From Octopus vulgaris (Eukaryota): a stretch of 64,000 bases of DNA. Positions 13,460 through 27,200 of the stretch are shown here, in pieces (the stretch's first letter is position 1; each line of letters starts with the position of its first letter). The notes under the pieces were generated by a model. The model was not told the origin of the DNA. It saw nothing but the letters and a program-made list of their open reading frames with translations, and did not search any database. A program made the position numbers and the translations under genes. The DNA lies in contig OX597820.1 in assembly GCA_951406725.2 (NCBI GenBank), forward strand, positions 92,256,001 through 92,320,000, written 5' to 3'.

Positions 13460-14270
13460 CCAAAGGCATGGTACTTGCAATAACAACAGTTATACCAAAA
13501 ATTGAGTACTCATATGGTGATGATTGTAGTAATATCATCACATGTAAACGAACAGTCGAGAAAGTAGGAATTACTACTATCAATGAAACTGTAATATCTG
13601 GTGTGTGATGGAATAGCAAAGATATTGATATAGTCTTGTGGATAACAAGAAACATTCGATTTTCTTTCCAGTTCGAGGATCCTGGAAAGCCTTGCAGATT
13701 CTCTGGAGATCATAATCATAGCTACAATCAAATTGGCTCAGTCCTGGATCATAATCCTGATGTTTGAAAGAGATAATCTCTCTGATGGCATTTATACTTG
13801 TTGTAAATTGCTCTTCTATTAGTTGAGAAGATCTGAAGGCTACGTGTTTAGAAAACTAGCTCAGAAAAGAAGCATCTACATAAAAGATAACATGTATTTC
13901 GTCGACATGAAGGGATATACCATACATACGAATGGTACAAAATGGTGTATTGATCTATTTACGGCATTCTCAAAGGATAACTGAAAGAAATTCGCCAGAA
14001 GAAATGGTTCTGCATGAATGTAAATCAAGTAGCAACTAGTCAAAAACATCTCTATTAATTAACGTTCCGATATCTAAAAACGATTGCTGCATACACCTCG
14101 GAATATACGAAAATATATACTATTTCGCACTTTTAGCATGGAACGTGTAAGCAGAGATTATAACACCCTTATGATAAAAGATAATCTTCAAAGATTTGTC
14201 CCTCCAATACGGTGAATCCCAAAATGTTTGCTGTACAGGTACACAAAACAGTATTTGGGATTCATGAATT
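13460..14270 (+). pseudogene. Highly decayed R4/Dong-like LINE RT fragment
   Basis: Frameshifted residual motifs: MYFVDMK (xxDD region), YTSEYTKI region (YKYLG-like) and KMFAVQVHKTVFG (cf. NxFAVPVL). Confidence 0.4.
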
Positions 14271-14952
14271 ATTAATTCGTGGCACAAAAAAAATCCTTAA
14301 CAACTGTGAGATGAAAACTGCTTCTAGCTGTCCAGCTTGATGTTATTTGCAACATAGTTGTATGTTAAAATTTTAACGACGTTTAAATTCACACTTTCCG
14401 AGGAAATAGACTATGAGAGGTGGATAATAAATAAGAATTACTGAATTTGTGTTCACTCATTTGTGTGAATTACTGAATTCGTGTTCACCCATTTCATGCT
14501 AAAATAATCATACACTTTTGTTTAAAATATTACACATTATAACATAGGAGATTTCTTTGAGTTCAAGTTCCTAGAAGAGGATATATGTTTGAAAACCGAT
14601 TTTTGAAATTCCTCTTTGCCATAGAGTTTTCATCAATATTCTTCGCATTATGGAGATCGTTATCTACTTAGATGTGCGCTAAAAGTATTGTGGTACATAT
14701 TGTTTATAAGTATTTATATATTTTCCTTACGATTTTAAATTTAGCGATATTTCAGCTAAATAACTTTGAATCAGTTGGAAAGTGCACATAATTATTAGAT
14801 GTGTTAGAATTTTCTGTGCTATTTGATTAGATTGTTGATTGGCTCATCAAAATTTCACATTAAGGAAAAAGGAAACAAATGAAAAACTTTAAAATTATCT
14901 AGTTTCTTCGTTTTCAAATAGACATATCAATCTAAACGTCACGTTGTTTAAA

Positions 14953-15389
14953 TCTGTATATATAAAAGGCAGGATGTGTGTGTGTGTGTGTGTGTGTTTG
15001 TGTACATGAATGTAATTTATGCACGTCCACCAATTAGAACGCATGTCACTCCAATTTTAGGAGGACATTCGTCATGATCCTAGCTGTATTTTCGTCAACT
15101 TATTTTTACCAGAGGTACCAGTGAATAGCAGTAAAAATAAATTTTCAACCAAAACTTTTAAGAATTTTCAAGTCGGAGAAATCACCATTGTTTGCAAACA
15201 GAAGTCAAGTTCCCTTCTAGCCACGAGTAAGTTTTTGTTAAGACTTTTGTTGCTTTTTACCATCGAAAAAAAAGTGTTTTGTTGATATACGGGCAACACA
15301 TACACACACGCACGCACGCACACACACTAACATGTATGTGTACAGAAAACATGTATGCAATAGGTGTATGGAAGTTTGTGTATGTGTTG

Positions 15390-15449
<60 letters not shown>

Positions 15450-15569
15450 AATTTCAATGGATTTCGCCCAAATTCGACGTCGATGTTGCTTAGTTTGGTT
15501 TGAAATAAAGAACTTGATTAGATTAATAATCCTAACTTAATCCCGGACAAAGCCGGGTTATACTACTAG
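14953..15569 (+). mobile_element. Non-autonomous Helitron
   Basis: 5' A|TCTGTATATATAAAA. 3' hairpin CCCGG-ACAAAG-CCGGG followed by CTAG|T. A/T insertion site, no TSD. Confidence 0.8.
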
Positions 15570-15648
15570 TAGTAAATATTTTCCATTTCATGTGTGTGTG
15601 TGATTGTGTACGTGGGTTTGTGCGTGTATATATAATTATGCATATATA

Positions 15649-16670
15649 TTAGGTTGTTTCACATGAAATGTTGTATTTGAAAGTAACAATAAAATCTTTC
15701 AGAAGTGTTAAAAACTGATTTATTTAATCAAAGTATGATCCATGTTCCTTTATGAAGTTTACCTAATGTTTGTCTATGTCATATATTATATCTTTAAAGA
15801 AAAATCCATCTTTTCCTGTGATTAACTCTATTTAAGAATGTTTTATTGCTTATGAAAATCTAAAACTGCTTAAAAGTGAATATCAGGGGAATAGGGATGA
15901 TGTTGCAACATCTCATAATTCAGGCTTTGCAACTTAAGTTGAGGAATGTGAGAATATGCATTGTTGTGGAGCAAAATTGAGCCATCTCTTTTCACTAATC
16001 TGGGTTGCTTCTTTTTCAAAATCTCAAGCATACAATCAATTTCCTGGCAATACGATGTTGCTGTTACCGTTTTCCCGTGTTGCAAAAATGAATAATGAAT
16101 AACTTCCTTCGCAGACCACCATACTGTGACCGCTAACTTTTTAGCGAGTTTGAGTAGTGTTTAGGTAACTCTCCTGCATGTAATTACTGTCCTGTTCTCC
16201 TGCTGTTGTCAATTTTGTATCCATTTCCCATCACAAATTATGATTTGATGCAAAAATGGTCTTTTACCAGTAGGGAAAGCCATAAGGAGCACACTTCGAG
16301 ACGTCTGTTTTTTTGAATCCTGTTCAGCTGATGTGGAACAAACCTATCCGTTTTCTTGACTTTTCAGGTGTCCAAAAACAATTGTGCGGGATGTTTGGAG
16401 TTTTCAAACCTTTGTTTTCGGATTTTGTTCAACCAAATTATTTAATCCATCATGCCGAATGACTGATTTTAGCTTATTCCTTGGTTTATTTTTAAGACTA
16501 TCATCTCCTGAACGAGAGATTTGGAATCAGTTTGAACAGTTCTGATGTCAACAAATCAATTACCAAAGGACCGCTTGATATTCCGTAGAGCTTCTGCGGC
16601 AGAGTGACCCAGTTTATACTCATACGAGAAAATCACTCAACATAGTTTGGTTGTTATCAGTTTCATAACG
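15649..16670 (-). mobile_element. Decayed mariner (DD34D-type) transposon lacking its 5' end
   Basis: ORF 15870-16085 reads YCQEID...ILLHNNAYSH...HHPYSPDI. TIR TA-TTAGGTTGTTTCACATGAAATG. 16450-16670 is homologous to 55860-56075. Confidence 0.85.
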
Positions 16671-17054
16671 TGTGTGAGTACAGAAGGCTGGATGTACCTA
16701 GTTCATATTTTTTCTATCTACTAAACGCACAGCAGTAAGTCGAATTTGAAATTTGTGTTATGAAGATTACATGCATAAATTCATAGACATATACATAATA
16801 CATGCAATGAATTTTGGCATAGTTTCCGCTTCCCAAACTTCCCTCATAAGCCAACACTTAAATATAATAAAATACATTTATCCATCGTGCTACAGAGCGC
16901 TATCGAACCCAGAATCGTATATGTCTGTTGCATACCACTTAAACTCATAGTGGCACTTAATGTATTAATTAAAGACTTCTATCAGCAATTATTTCGGGAA
17001 ATTCATGACAAGAGACAGACTCTCCATTAACACAGTAATATTTGAAGCAAGGTT

Positions 17055-17226
17055 CTCAGTAGTATTTCGTCCGTCTTTACATTCATAGTCCATATTCCGT
17101 CGAGGTCGATTTTATCTTGCATCTTATCGGTATCAATAAAATAAGTGCTAGTTGAACCCTGGGAGTAATGTAATCGACCTATCCAACCCCTCTCATTTTT
17201 GGCCTTATTCCAAAATTTGAAACCAG
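17055..17226 (+). mobile_element. 5'-truncated family A SINE with 16-bp TSD
   Basis: Perfect direct repeat TATTTGAAGCAAGGTT at 17039-17054 and 17227-17242. Confidence 0.8.
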
Positions 17227-17814
17227 TATTTGAAGCAAGGTTTGAATGAAATTAAGTAATTTACCTTTTATAGTGAAACTGAAAATTCTGAAGTGGCACC
17301 GTCACATTAGTCATGGCTCCCGTATCTACCCATAATCAGACAATTCAGAAGCATAAATTCCATCTAAAGTGGATCACACCGATACATTCATACATGAAAT
17401 ATGTGCAAACTATTCACATTTCGTCATAAAATGCAACCAATAATACTTCTTTAACCCTGCTCAACTAACAAGCTTATATATTCAAGCGATTACATTATCG
17501 AATATATTTATCGATTCAACATGTATACTATACGATTCTATACTAATAAATTAACAAAAACATAGCCATTTTTAATCTGGTTACATGTTAGAATAACGTA
17601 ATTCATAATAAACTCAAAACGATTAATAAAACGTATTATATAACCAAGAATATAGATGTCTACAGTTATGTATTTTATCATACATTTTCAATCATGTATA
17701 TTATTCAGCATACATTCCCCTAAAATTAGTTTTCTTTTCTCTTCAATCATTATTTCCTGAATTACATAATATTTAAGTCATAGAAATAATATTCCTTTTC
17801 CTATATATACAATC

Positions 17815-17970
17815 ATGAGCTCTTGTGAGTTGGAGTGAAGGGTGCTGTCGATAACACCAATCCAAGTATTTGGCGAGTACTTTCTCTTCTCGACTTCGAA
17901 AGGATGAAAAGCAAAATCGACTTTGCAAGAATTTGAACACAGAACATAAGGAAAATTACCGCCAAACATT
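17815..17970 (-). mobile_element. Old family A SINE
   Basis: CGAAAGGATGAAAAGCAAAATCGACTTTGCAAGAATTTGAAC core. Confidence 0.65.
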
Positions 17971-18296
17971 TTCTTAATGAAGTGATATCAACTGGCTCTT
18001 GTTTCTACGTTGATTGCAACTTCTTGAGTAATCCCTGGCCTATGTGCCGTATAGCAAACATCGAATTATTATGTAACACCATCCCAGCTTCTGTGGATCA
18101 AAGACTAAACAATACGATACATCATACAACACCATCTTCCTAGCTAATCATGCTTCTGGTTTGCTGATATGTTTACTATACATTCCAACGTAAATTAATA
18201 AATTCTTGTACAGTGAGGTAGTTGAGGAATATACTACACTTTCCACCTTCTACTCACTATCTTGCACCGGTAGATTCTGGTGATAGTCAAAGTAAA

Positions 18297-18570
18297 ATGG
18301 CCGAGATGGATGCAGTCAGAAAGCGGCAGTTTGTTTTTCTCTGCATTAGTTGTTACTGGTAAGCATCCTGACACATTGGTATTTACGACATGGTTATTAT
18401 TTCATACATTTTTGCTTTCGTTATTAGAGTAAAGATTGAAACAGCGCAACAGTCTTTTTAAATGTTATGTAATATTCAATGATGGTTTAAGGATATAATT
18501 TTTGTATTTTTATTTGTGTATATTTAGTTGTTGCTGCCGTTTTTGCTTGAATCCACCTCGGGTTTATTGA
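18297..18570 (+). CDS. Speculative two-exon small Cys-rich ORF (exons 18297-18358 and 18528-18570, 34 aa)
   Basis: AAAATGG start, donor CTG|GTAAGC, T-rich acceptor TATTTAG|. Spliced product MAEMDAVRKRQFVFLCISCYCCCCRFCLNPPRVY. No recognised homology. Confidence 0.15.
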
Positions 18571-18754
18571 CCAGGTCTATGATTAAAGGTTTTTCTGCGG
18601 TGACCATCCTTTCGTTTTCCTCCCGGACAACATTGTCCAAAAGTGGCCATTTTCTAGAAGATAGAAGGAAATCTGTGGGAGTCGTTGCTGGTTTTCTAGC
18701 AGGTTGTGAAATTGTAGTCCATCCAATAGCTTGTGTTACGTGAAATGTCAATGT
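18524..18754 (-). CDS. Possible terminal coding exon, unknown protein
   Basis: Non-repetitive, protein-like open frame (KPATTPTDFLLSSRKWPLLDNVVREENERMV...NGSNN*) with possible acceptor TTCTTTCAATTAAG|. No upstream partner exon established. Confidence 0.2.
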   Translation of the reverse strand, partial: TLTFHVTQAIGWTTISQPARKPATTPTDFLLSSRKWPLLDNVVREENERMVTAEKPLIIDLVNKPEVDSSKNGSNN

Positions 18755-19663
18755 CTTAATTGAAAGAATTAGTTAGCTACTTAGATTAATGTAATTCCAA
18801 ATAAGAAAATATTGCCTAACACAAATTAGGTCCACATAAATATCCATTGTTATTGACGCATGGGGTTAATTTAGAAAGGATTTAATCAGATTATGTTGCC
18901 TTCATATATTTCGCAACATCATTTGCAACTTAAATTAAACGAACTAATTTCAACTGGGTATCGAAACTGTCAACCGCACATCGTCCATAACAGGACTTAT
19001 GTTTGACGTTTCATTTCCAATATATGTAAGTAAAATTGTTCATGATATAAAGAATATTCGGTAATTAAGCAACAGCGCTATGTTTCTGATACTTATTTTA
19101 GCGACACAAGATTCCTGAAAAAAAACAGAATCACTCAGGCCGGGATTTGAACTGAGAGCTAAACAGATTAAACAGAAATACTGAAATAACTTCAACGTAA
19201 TTTATTTTATTTATCCTACAATGATAGTATTAAATGCTTCTAACAGAAATGTAGTTGTTTAATCGAGTTCCGTATATAATATTGTGAAAATGAGCTAGTT
19301 AACTGGCCGGGTCTTGAATATACTGTAAATTCTGCCCAGCAAAATGCAAACGAAATTTCCCGAGGTTTTCTATCAATAATTTATACAATTGAATTCTGTA
19401 ACGTGGTTTAAATATACAACATGGAAATTACTTTTTCCAACATATCTATTATAAGAGGTCTAGATATCTATGTGTTTTGATGCGTGCGCTAGAAATACGT
19501 CAACTTTGTCTTGCGTTTACGCACGAAAAGAATCCAATAAACTGATACGAGACCAAGTTAGAACTAAATGTAATTTACCTGACAGTGTAGTATTTGACTA
19601 TTTATTTATTTATTTATTTATTCCATTTACGCCGATAGATTTCAGTTGTCAGTTCCCGAGATT

Positions 19664-19677
19664 ATTCTCGCGAGAAT
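19664..19677. promoter_or_regulatory. Perfect 14-bp palindrome ATTCTCGCGAGAAT (TCTCGCGAGA motif)
   Basis: Lies in a locally CpG-enriched unique stretch, with CCAAT at ~19533. Confidence 0.25.
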
Positions 19678-20550
19678 CGTGAAATGTTATTATAACAAAA
19701 CGCTGTCTCCCAGCGGAGATCGTCTCAGAAATTTACATTCATTTCCATCATCTGAGGGGCAATCAGACAATTTAGACATAAATAGATACCAACAAATATG
19801 AATGCACAAATTAAGATCAACATACGTAGGTTCATGTAATTATATGTCCTTTATTTGAATAAATCTTCAGCGTCGTCCTGTACCGAACGTAATAATATAT
19901 GCTCAGAGAACTGTTACTGTGTTTGTAAGAATTATAGTTACCTAGAAACTGGAAGACTAATATAGAAATTTGTTCGTTTTAATTACTTGTCACCATATCA
20001 TTAAATCAACTCTTATCCTTATGACCTTAAATAATTACATTGAATTACCGAGCAGACTTGTTAAAATGAATATTCATTTAATTATCATCACCGAAAATCT
20101 GAAACACAACTCCACTTGTCATATCGCTTGGCACTCAGGTAAGATAAATTATTTGTAAGGGATGAAATTGGGATATAATTTTATCGCTTTCCGTTTTGTT
20201 TTTGTTTTTGTTTATAAACAGAAACTAAATTTGCAAAAGTTGTCTGCAAAAAGTCATAATTAGTTGGCCTGATAATAACATATTAGCGTTTAAAACAAGA
20301 AATTAATTGAAAAATACAAGTCGTTATTCAATAATGTTTGCAGAAACAAATAATAAATCGTTTTCTATTTTCGGAAGGCAATTGTAAGAGTTAGAGTATC
20401 GCGAAGAACACAAATATTCGATACTTTAGCTAATTTTGTTTAGAATTAAAAAAACAAAGTACTTCATTAGATAGATATAAGTAAACTTTTAAGCCAACTT
20501 TTACTTTTTATAACTTTCCAAATACAAATATGTTATATTGCATTTATATA

Positions 20551-20946
20551 TAGGTGCGGGCGTGGTTGTGTGGTAAAAAATGTAAGAAGCTTGCTTCCCA
20601 ATCGCATGGTTCCGAGTTCAATCCCACTGCGGGGCACTTTTGGCGAGTGTCTTCTACTGTAACCTTGGTTCGACCAAAGCCTTGTGAGTGGATTTGGAAG
20701 ACGGAAAATGAAGGAAGCCCGTCGTATATATATATATGTGTGTGAGTGTGTGTTTGTGTGTGTGTGTGTGTCCACACTGATGTTAGGGTATTCAGGTCTG
20801 CGTACCTTAGCGATTCGACAAAAGAAACCGATAGAATAAGTGCCAGTCTCAAAAAGAATAAGACTTGGGACAGATTTCTTCGACTAAAGGTGGTGCTCCA
20901 GCATGGCCGCAATCAAATGACTGAAACAAGTAAAAGAATAAAAGAA
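20551..20946 (+). mobile_element. tRNA-derived SINE, family B (OR-like, CORE-like TTGGCGAGTGTCTTC segment), near full length
   Basis: A-box TGGTTGTGTGG, B-box GAGTTCAATCCC, central (TG)n, tail GACTGAAACAAGTAAAAGAATAAAAGA. Homologs at 36812, 56283 and 61822. Confidence 0.85.
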
Positions 20947-21381
20947 TGCATGTACGTACATGTATATATATATATGTATGTATCTATGTTTGTGTGTATA
21001 TATATATACATATGTATATATATATATATATACATAGATATGTATAAATACATATATATGTATATATATGCATATATATATGTATATATATTGATATATA
21101 TATGTGTGTGTGTGTATATACACATACACACACTCACACACAGGCGCATACATACACAACCATTATTGGCTGGGGTTTTTTTTTAGCCGAAAATCACATT
21201 TGCTCTTAAAGAATAGATGTGTGGTAAAGAAATTTTTTCTGCCATGGGCAGTGATTTTCTGCTAAACTTGGGTTTCTGTTGTGTTATTTATTCCCTTGTA
21301 AGCTTCTTTATCTAGCCTATGTGGTATCTTTTACACACCCACAAATCCTTATATATATATATATATATATATACATATGTA

Positions 21382-22426
21382 TCTTATCTTATAACTTGTA
21401 CAATTGTAATGGTAGGATGGCTATCTTTAGATAAAATTAGTAAGGTGGAGAAGTATTAGTGTGGGGAACTGAGGTGGCATAGGGAGAGTGCCTGATATCA
21501 AGGAAGAATAGAGTTGTGTAAGTAACAAATAAGGAGTGGCAGTGGGCTGTCAACGTTAATGTAACCGCCACTCAGAGATACATACGCGCTCGATTTCAGT
21601 TTACAAAGCCAAGTCGTAGCAGACATGAATACAGTATTTGCGTATATTCATGTATGTATGTATGTATATATGTCACTAGCTGTCACCTTTAAGAAAAAGG
21701 AATGATTTAGATCAGTTTTACTTATTAACATGACATCGACAAACGGAAGTAACTTAATCCTACAACAACTATATTTGTGATCAGACCAAACTCATTCTTT
21801 TTTCTCGTCCCTTCCACATCTCTCTCTCTCTCTCTTTCTCTCTCTCTGTCTCTCTCTCTATACACACATATGTCTTACATATTACGATCTTTTTCGCTCC
21901 ACGTTCTCTGCCTTTCTCTCCTTCGCTCTCTCTATTTCTTCTCTCTGTTTCTCTCTCCCTCCCTCCCTTTCTTTCACTCCCTCTCTCTCTCTCTCTCTCT
22001 CTCCACACGCACACACATATACACACACACAAACGTCTTTCATTTCCTGCTCTTTTTCGTTCCGCTGAGGGTTAGCATTTAACGTTAGGGTTTTGTGTTA
22101 CCACTTAGTATTACAAGATTGAGTTAGTGTAAAGATGACATTTATGCAGAAACTGAAAAAGGATTCAAAGTATTTGAATTTGTGTACAAATTTTTACAGA
22201 AATGAACTTGGAATTTCGATATCAAACAAAAATATTTTCTTAAAAGAAAAAAAATAAAGATGTTTACAAAATATTCTTAATCCGAAATTTCGCTGTTTTT
22301 TTTTTAAAGATTTACTATAGATATTTTTCGCTGTTTTTTTTTTAAGATTTACTTAGATAAAGAGGTTTGCGATTTTACTGTTAAGTCTCTGAGTCATTAA
22401 CTCGGGCAATGCCAGGTATTTCAGCT

Positions 22427-22428
<2 letters not shown>
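21382..22428 (+). mobile_element. Probable non-autonomous Helitron, 5' end uncertain
   Basis: 3' end CTCGGGCAATGCCAGGTATTTCAG-CTAG resembles the other Helitron ends. Candidate 5' TC starts at 21346 or 21382. Confidence 0.5.
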
Positions 22429-22491
<63 letters not shown>

Positions 22492-22888
22492 GTGTGTGTG
22501 TATGTGTGAATGTATGGATCTACGAAAGTGAATGTATGAAAGTGTACAAAAGGATATCTGTATATATACTATATGTGTTCTCTGGAAATTTGAGTATTCC
22601 TTCTGTACCAAGGTTTATGTATGCGGTTATATAAAGATATAATTAATGGATATTAATAAGTACAACTTAAATCAATGTGTAGAATTCATATAAAAGAGCT
22701 TTAAGAAGTGTCAACTCAAATATACTCTCACCTTCTCTCATTATACAGCCATCCAGAAATAAACATTTCACCACTCAGTATTTTTAAACATTTATCCTAT
22801 TCCTCATAAGGTAAGATTTTATATTTGGTACACACAGACAAACACATACACACACAGATATATGAACACTCAAATAAACACACACACA

Positions 22889-23871
22889 TAGGGATGTTTG
22901 ACAAAATAATGGAAACACCTAGCATCATAGCATCATAATCTTGAAATATCTATAAAACCGTCAAAAGCTTATTTATTTTAATGCTTTTTGATTTATTATT
23001 AGTGCTGCATAATATGTTTTGTTAAAATTGCTGTTTCTCTTCAGATAACACCAGAAAAATGTAACTAAAAGTCATTAAAATAACAGATCTATCGAACTTT
23101 CAAAGACATCAAATTGTTGGTGCTCGTATGGCAGGCATAACAAAAACAACCGAAATCTTTGGTGCATCAAGACGTACTGCCTCGAAAGTAATGACAGACT
23201 TTGAGAAAGACGGTAAAACCTCCTCGTCGAAACTTTCAGATAGAGACCGTCGGACACTTACGCGAATTGTTAGAAAGGATCACGAAAGTACAGCTCCCAA
23301 AATTACTGCAGAGCTTAATGACCACCTCGAGAACCGAGTTGCCGCAAAAACTGTTCTCCAGGAGCTGCACAAAGCCAGATTTCACAGGAGGGCTGCAATC
23401 AGAAAACCACTACTTTCAAAAATAAACGTTGTAAAGCGTTTAGAGTGGAATAAAAACCTACAGATTTAGTCCCTAGAGTAGTGGAAGAATAGTTTCTCGA
23501 ACAAGTTATCCATTACCTTATTTCTGTCCTCCTACCGAGTATACGTGTGGAAGCATTTAACCCAGACTGCCTTCTTCCAACTTTTAAATATGGAGGAGAA
23601 TCAGTTCACAGATCTCAATATTATTGAACATTTATGGTGCATTTTAGAGAAACAAGTAAGGAGTCGATATCATCCACCATCATCGCTACAAGAACTGGGA
23701 ACTGTTTTAGTTGAAGAATGATCAAAAAATCCTTTAGAAACAATTCAAACTTTGTACGAGTCCATACCTCGTAGAATTCAAGCCCTAATTACTGCCAAAG
23801 GCGGTCCTATCCATATTAAAATTAATTTGTTTGAAATTTTAAAGTGTTTCCATTATTTTGTTCAACCCCTG
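22889..23871 (+). mobile_element. Tc1-like transposon, internally deleted
   Basis: TIRs AGGGATGTTTGACAAAATAATGGAAACAC and GTGTTTCCATTATTTTGTTCAACCCCTG-TA. ORF 23128-23469 carries the HTH and KPLL. Downstream KYGGES joins almost directly to DLNIIEHLW...AKGGP, so the catalytic middle is deleted. Confidence 0.92.
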
Positions 23872-23954
23872 TATATATTGGTGTGTATTTTTGTAAGTAC
23901 GTATCTCTCTGGGAAAAGGAGATAAGAAGATTCCGAAATGAAATCCATCATATT

Positions 23955-24002
23955 ATGAGACTGAAGATCTTGATCTTGATTGGTTCTGGACTACTTGGTT
24001 TT
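23955..24002 (+). CDS. Possible first coding exon encoding a signal-peptide-like stretch
   Basis: MRLKILILIGSGLLGF followed by a consensus donor TTT|GTAAGT (phase 0). Confidence 0.2.
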
Positions 24003-24269
24003 GTAAGTTTACATTAAACTTCAGCACGACATTTGCTGACAGACATTATGTTTAAAATCTATGATACGGTAATTTTCAGTAATTTTCATATTCATCTACA
24101 ATGAGTATGAAAGTGAGTATATACGATGAGTATATACAGCTATCATGTATATATACATAAGTGTGTTCTCCTTTGTTTTTAATTATTTGCAATCGGCCCC
24201 TACGTAAAGATATGTTTTGTAATAAAATTAAAAAGATTCATCATTGGAATGTAGCTTACAAAAGCAAAT

Positions 24270-27200
24270 TCACGTTTTTAACTTGAGAAAGTTCCACTTA
24301 AAAATTGTGTTTGTAATGTGCAGATTTGCTGGTTAATTTCTATTTTTGAAAACTCTGTCATATCCAAATGGTCGCTAAGGCCTTTGCTCACGAAACCAAA
24401 TCTGCTAATTATCATTGGTATAAATGTGAATTTATAATCTAGATACAAAACCTGGATATTTTGAAGCTGTGGTCTGTGGTTATTCTTTCTCTCAGTTTCA
24501 AAGAGATATTCACATCAACACAGCGGCTGAGCTCTAAGATAGTACATACATTTTCTACCCTGTTTCAAACTGACGTGTTTTTGTTTCCATTTATCTGAGG
24601 TTTTGGTGGGGATGTGCCACTAATATTCCTTGTGTTGATGTTAATTTATGTATTCAATAACAGGAGTATTCACTATATTTATTCCAGGACAGTCTTTTGT
24701 TCTGAGAGCATCGTACATTGTTTCAACAATGACATCTTGCCGCATTGGCATATAGTACAAAACCAGCTGCTAATGATATGTATGATGTCTTCCAGAGAAA
24801 TAGGACATAATCTAGATTTTAGGCTGCGTCTTGGGAGTCCAGGGTCTTCAATGTTTCTTTTGCTTACTAGGTATTCATAGTAGTCGCCTGCTTTGAGATT
24901 TCAAATGCGTAACCTTTGAAGTATGATGTGATGTAGAAGTCGCGTGTTTAATTTACTGCACTTCGTATCAATATTACTGTCTTCTTCAGATTTTCGGTAA
25001 ATTTACCTTATGCCTAGTATTTTTTCGTATACTGAACGTTCCATATCCATGAATTCTTTGACATATGTTAGTCCGGCTGATTGGGGTTGCACAGGAGATC
25101 GTCATGTATGTGTGCTTGCTGAGGAGGTCACTGTTGTCACATAGAATGTCCTATTTGCTTTTCAGCACTATGTTTATGCAATTAGCCTTTTTCCTGTTGT
25201 TTAGCAATTGTTGTATCAGAGAGTCTATACGACGACTGAAGTCTTTCTAACTGATCTCAAACATATGCCTCCTCCATATCTTCTTTGCTCAACATCACTG
25301 TTTCCCTGGAAGTTTTCAACTAATGTCCGGAGTATGCGGGCTTTAATGTTTTTGAAGTGATCTTCCTCAACATACCATTAAAGCATTCCAAATGTTGAAG
25401 CAGCCCTGGCAGCTCACATGCATTGTGAAATATTGTCTTGTATGAGAAAATTCCCGATTGCAATATTCTTATGAGACTGATCGCTCTAATTAACAGTACC
25501 TTTGGTGTGCCTTCATCAGTGCTTTGTTATTTGTAGATTCCTAGGGGTGGAACAAAAGAAAGAGTGGGAGGGTGGGAGAGAGACAGAAGGAGAGAGACAA
25601 AGGGAGACCGTTGAGGAACAGATTTGTGATTTTAGTTTTGGGTTTTCTGCGTTCAAGAATGGGAGAGGAACATTTCTTTTTCGCTAATTCAAATCCAACG
25701 GCAACTAAGTTGGTTTTCTTTCTTTTTTGTGAGGTGTGCATTATTAACAATTTTAACATAAATCTTCTGGTTATCCTAAAAGAAATCTGCGTTACACTGA
25801 TATCTCAACATTTGCAGACCCTTGTATGCAGATATTTTATTTTGCAGCCAGAATGTTAATAGATTAAATGCCAAAATGCACTGAATTACAGAAATACTAT
25901 TTCCTTAATATATTCTCTTTGAAATATTTATAACACTGGAAACTGTCGTTCCGCTGTCAGCTGTAAATATGAGAATATTTGTCATGATCTTCGAGAGCAT
26001 CTGAATGAGAGCAACACAGGTAACAACTAATTTACCCAATGTAAATACTTCAGCAGCCATAAGTGAGGAATAGATTCGAATGTTTTCAAGCTAAGGTGCC
26101 ACACACTCTCTACGGTGTTTTCTTAATCATGCGGTAAAATTTCGTTCATCAAAAGTTGTTTGACACATAACCTTCTTTTCTTTCCACCTATCTGCTCATC
26201 AGTCACTATTTTGTTGGACTCACAATGATCCTCAAGTTACTGTTTGAGGCAACTTGTGTACCGTTTGCATATAATGTCCAATTAATATTCCGTTAATTTG
26301 TTGGTTTCCTCCTTAACCACAAAATTTGCCAGCGCTATAGCAAACCAAGTTGGTATGTCAATCTGGTCTTCTGTATCCTTTTGAGTATTTATATTAAAGG
26401 CTTTCTGTGAAGTTACAATTACTTGTACAAATATGCCATTATTACATCTCTTCCATGTGCCTTCCCATTATGCAGTTTGCCTACAGCTATAGTGGAGGTT
26501 TTGGGGTCAATTGTGAATAGTATCTTCTGTTAACTGTATTCAACCACGATGCATTAAGTTTGAAATATCTCTTTTCATTCCAGATTTTAGACCAATATTA
26601 TTGGCGATTTTATTGAGAGGGGGTCTTTCCGAATAGTATTGTTTTCCTTTCTCATCTTTCAGTATAATGCATTTGAGTTAAACATTTCTCCAGCGGTAAC
26701 GGGATTTCTCTCTCAGCATCTGAGTTAGTGCTTCAGAGTAATAAACTTTTCCTGAAGAGCTTGGTGTAAGAAGCGTACTGTTGCTACAGACCGTAAAAGA
26801 AGTTCTCATTTGTGATATATGGTAGAAATCCCAGCGTGTCTTATACGCCCTTGAATTACTGCAAAATCCGTTTCCATTTTGTCTGTAAAATATAACGCGA
26901 GATTCAATATAAATTTTGCTTAATCGTTGAAGTTCCAATTCAGTTTCGATTTAAATGTAGAAAATGCGACGGAATAAGAGGAATATGAGTAAATCGAATA
27001 CAACTAAAATATAAGTATGTCTAATATAAGTAAGTCGAATACAAAAAAAAACTTGTGTTTTTCTATAAAAAAAAAAATCTGCTAGAGGATGGGAGGCTTT
27101 TTCATGATATAAATTTCCAGTCTTTTTCATAATACATAATATACCAATCGCTTCATAACCTGAGAATTCGCAATATTACCAAGAGAAACAATTTTTCGAT

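Noticed and set aside
14436-14495. Short tandem duplications (also ~22288-22358, 40931-40964, 43843-43880)
   Set aside because: Two-copy slippage duplications without spacers, not CRISPR-like or otherwise structured.
18212-18258. let-7-like seed UGAGGUAG on the 5' arm of a hairpin
   Set aside because: The hairpin is only ~47 nt, too short for a pre-miRNA, and the sequence diverges from let-7 after position 9. An 8-mer match is expected by chance.
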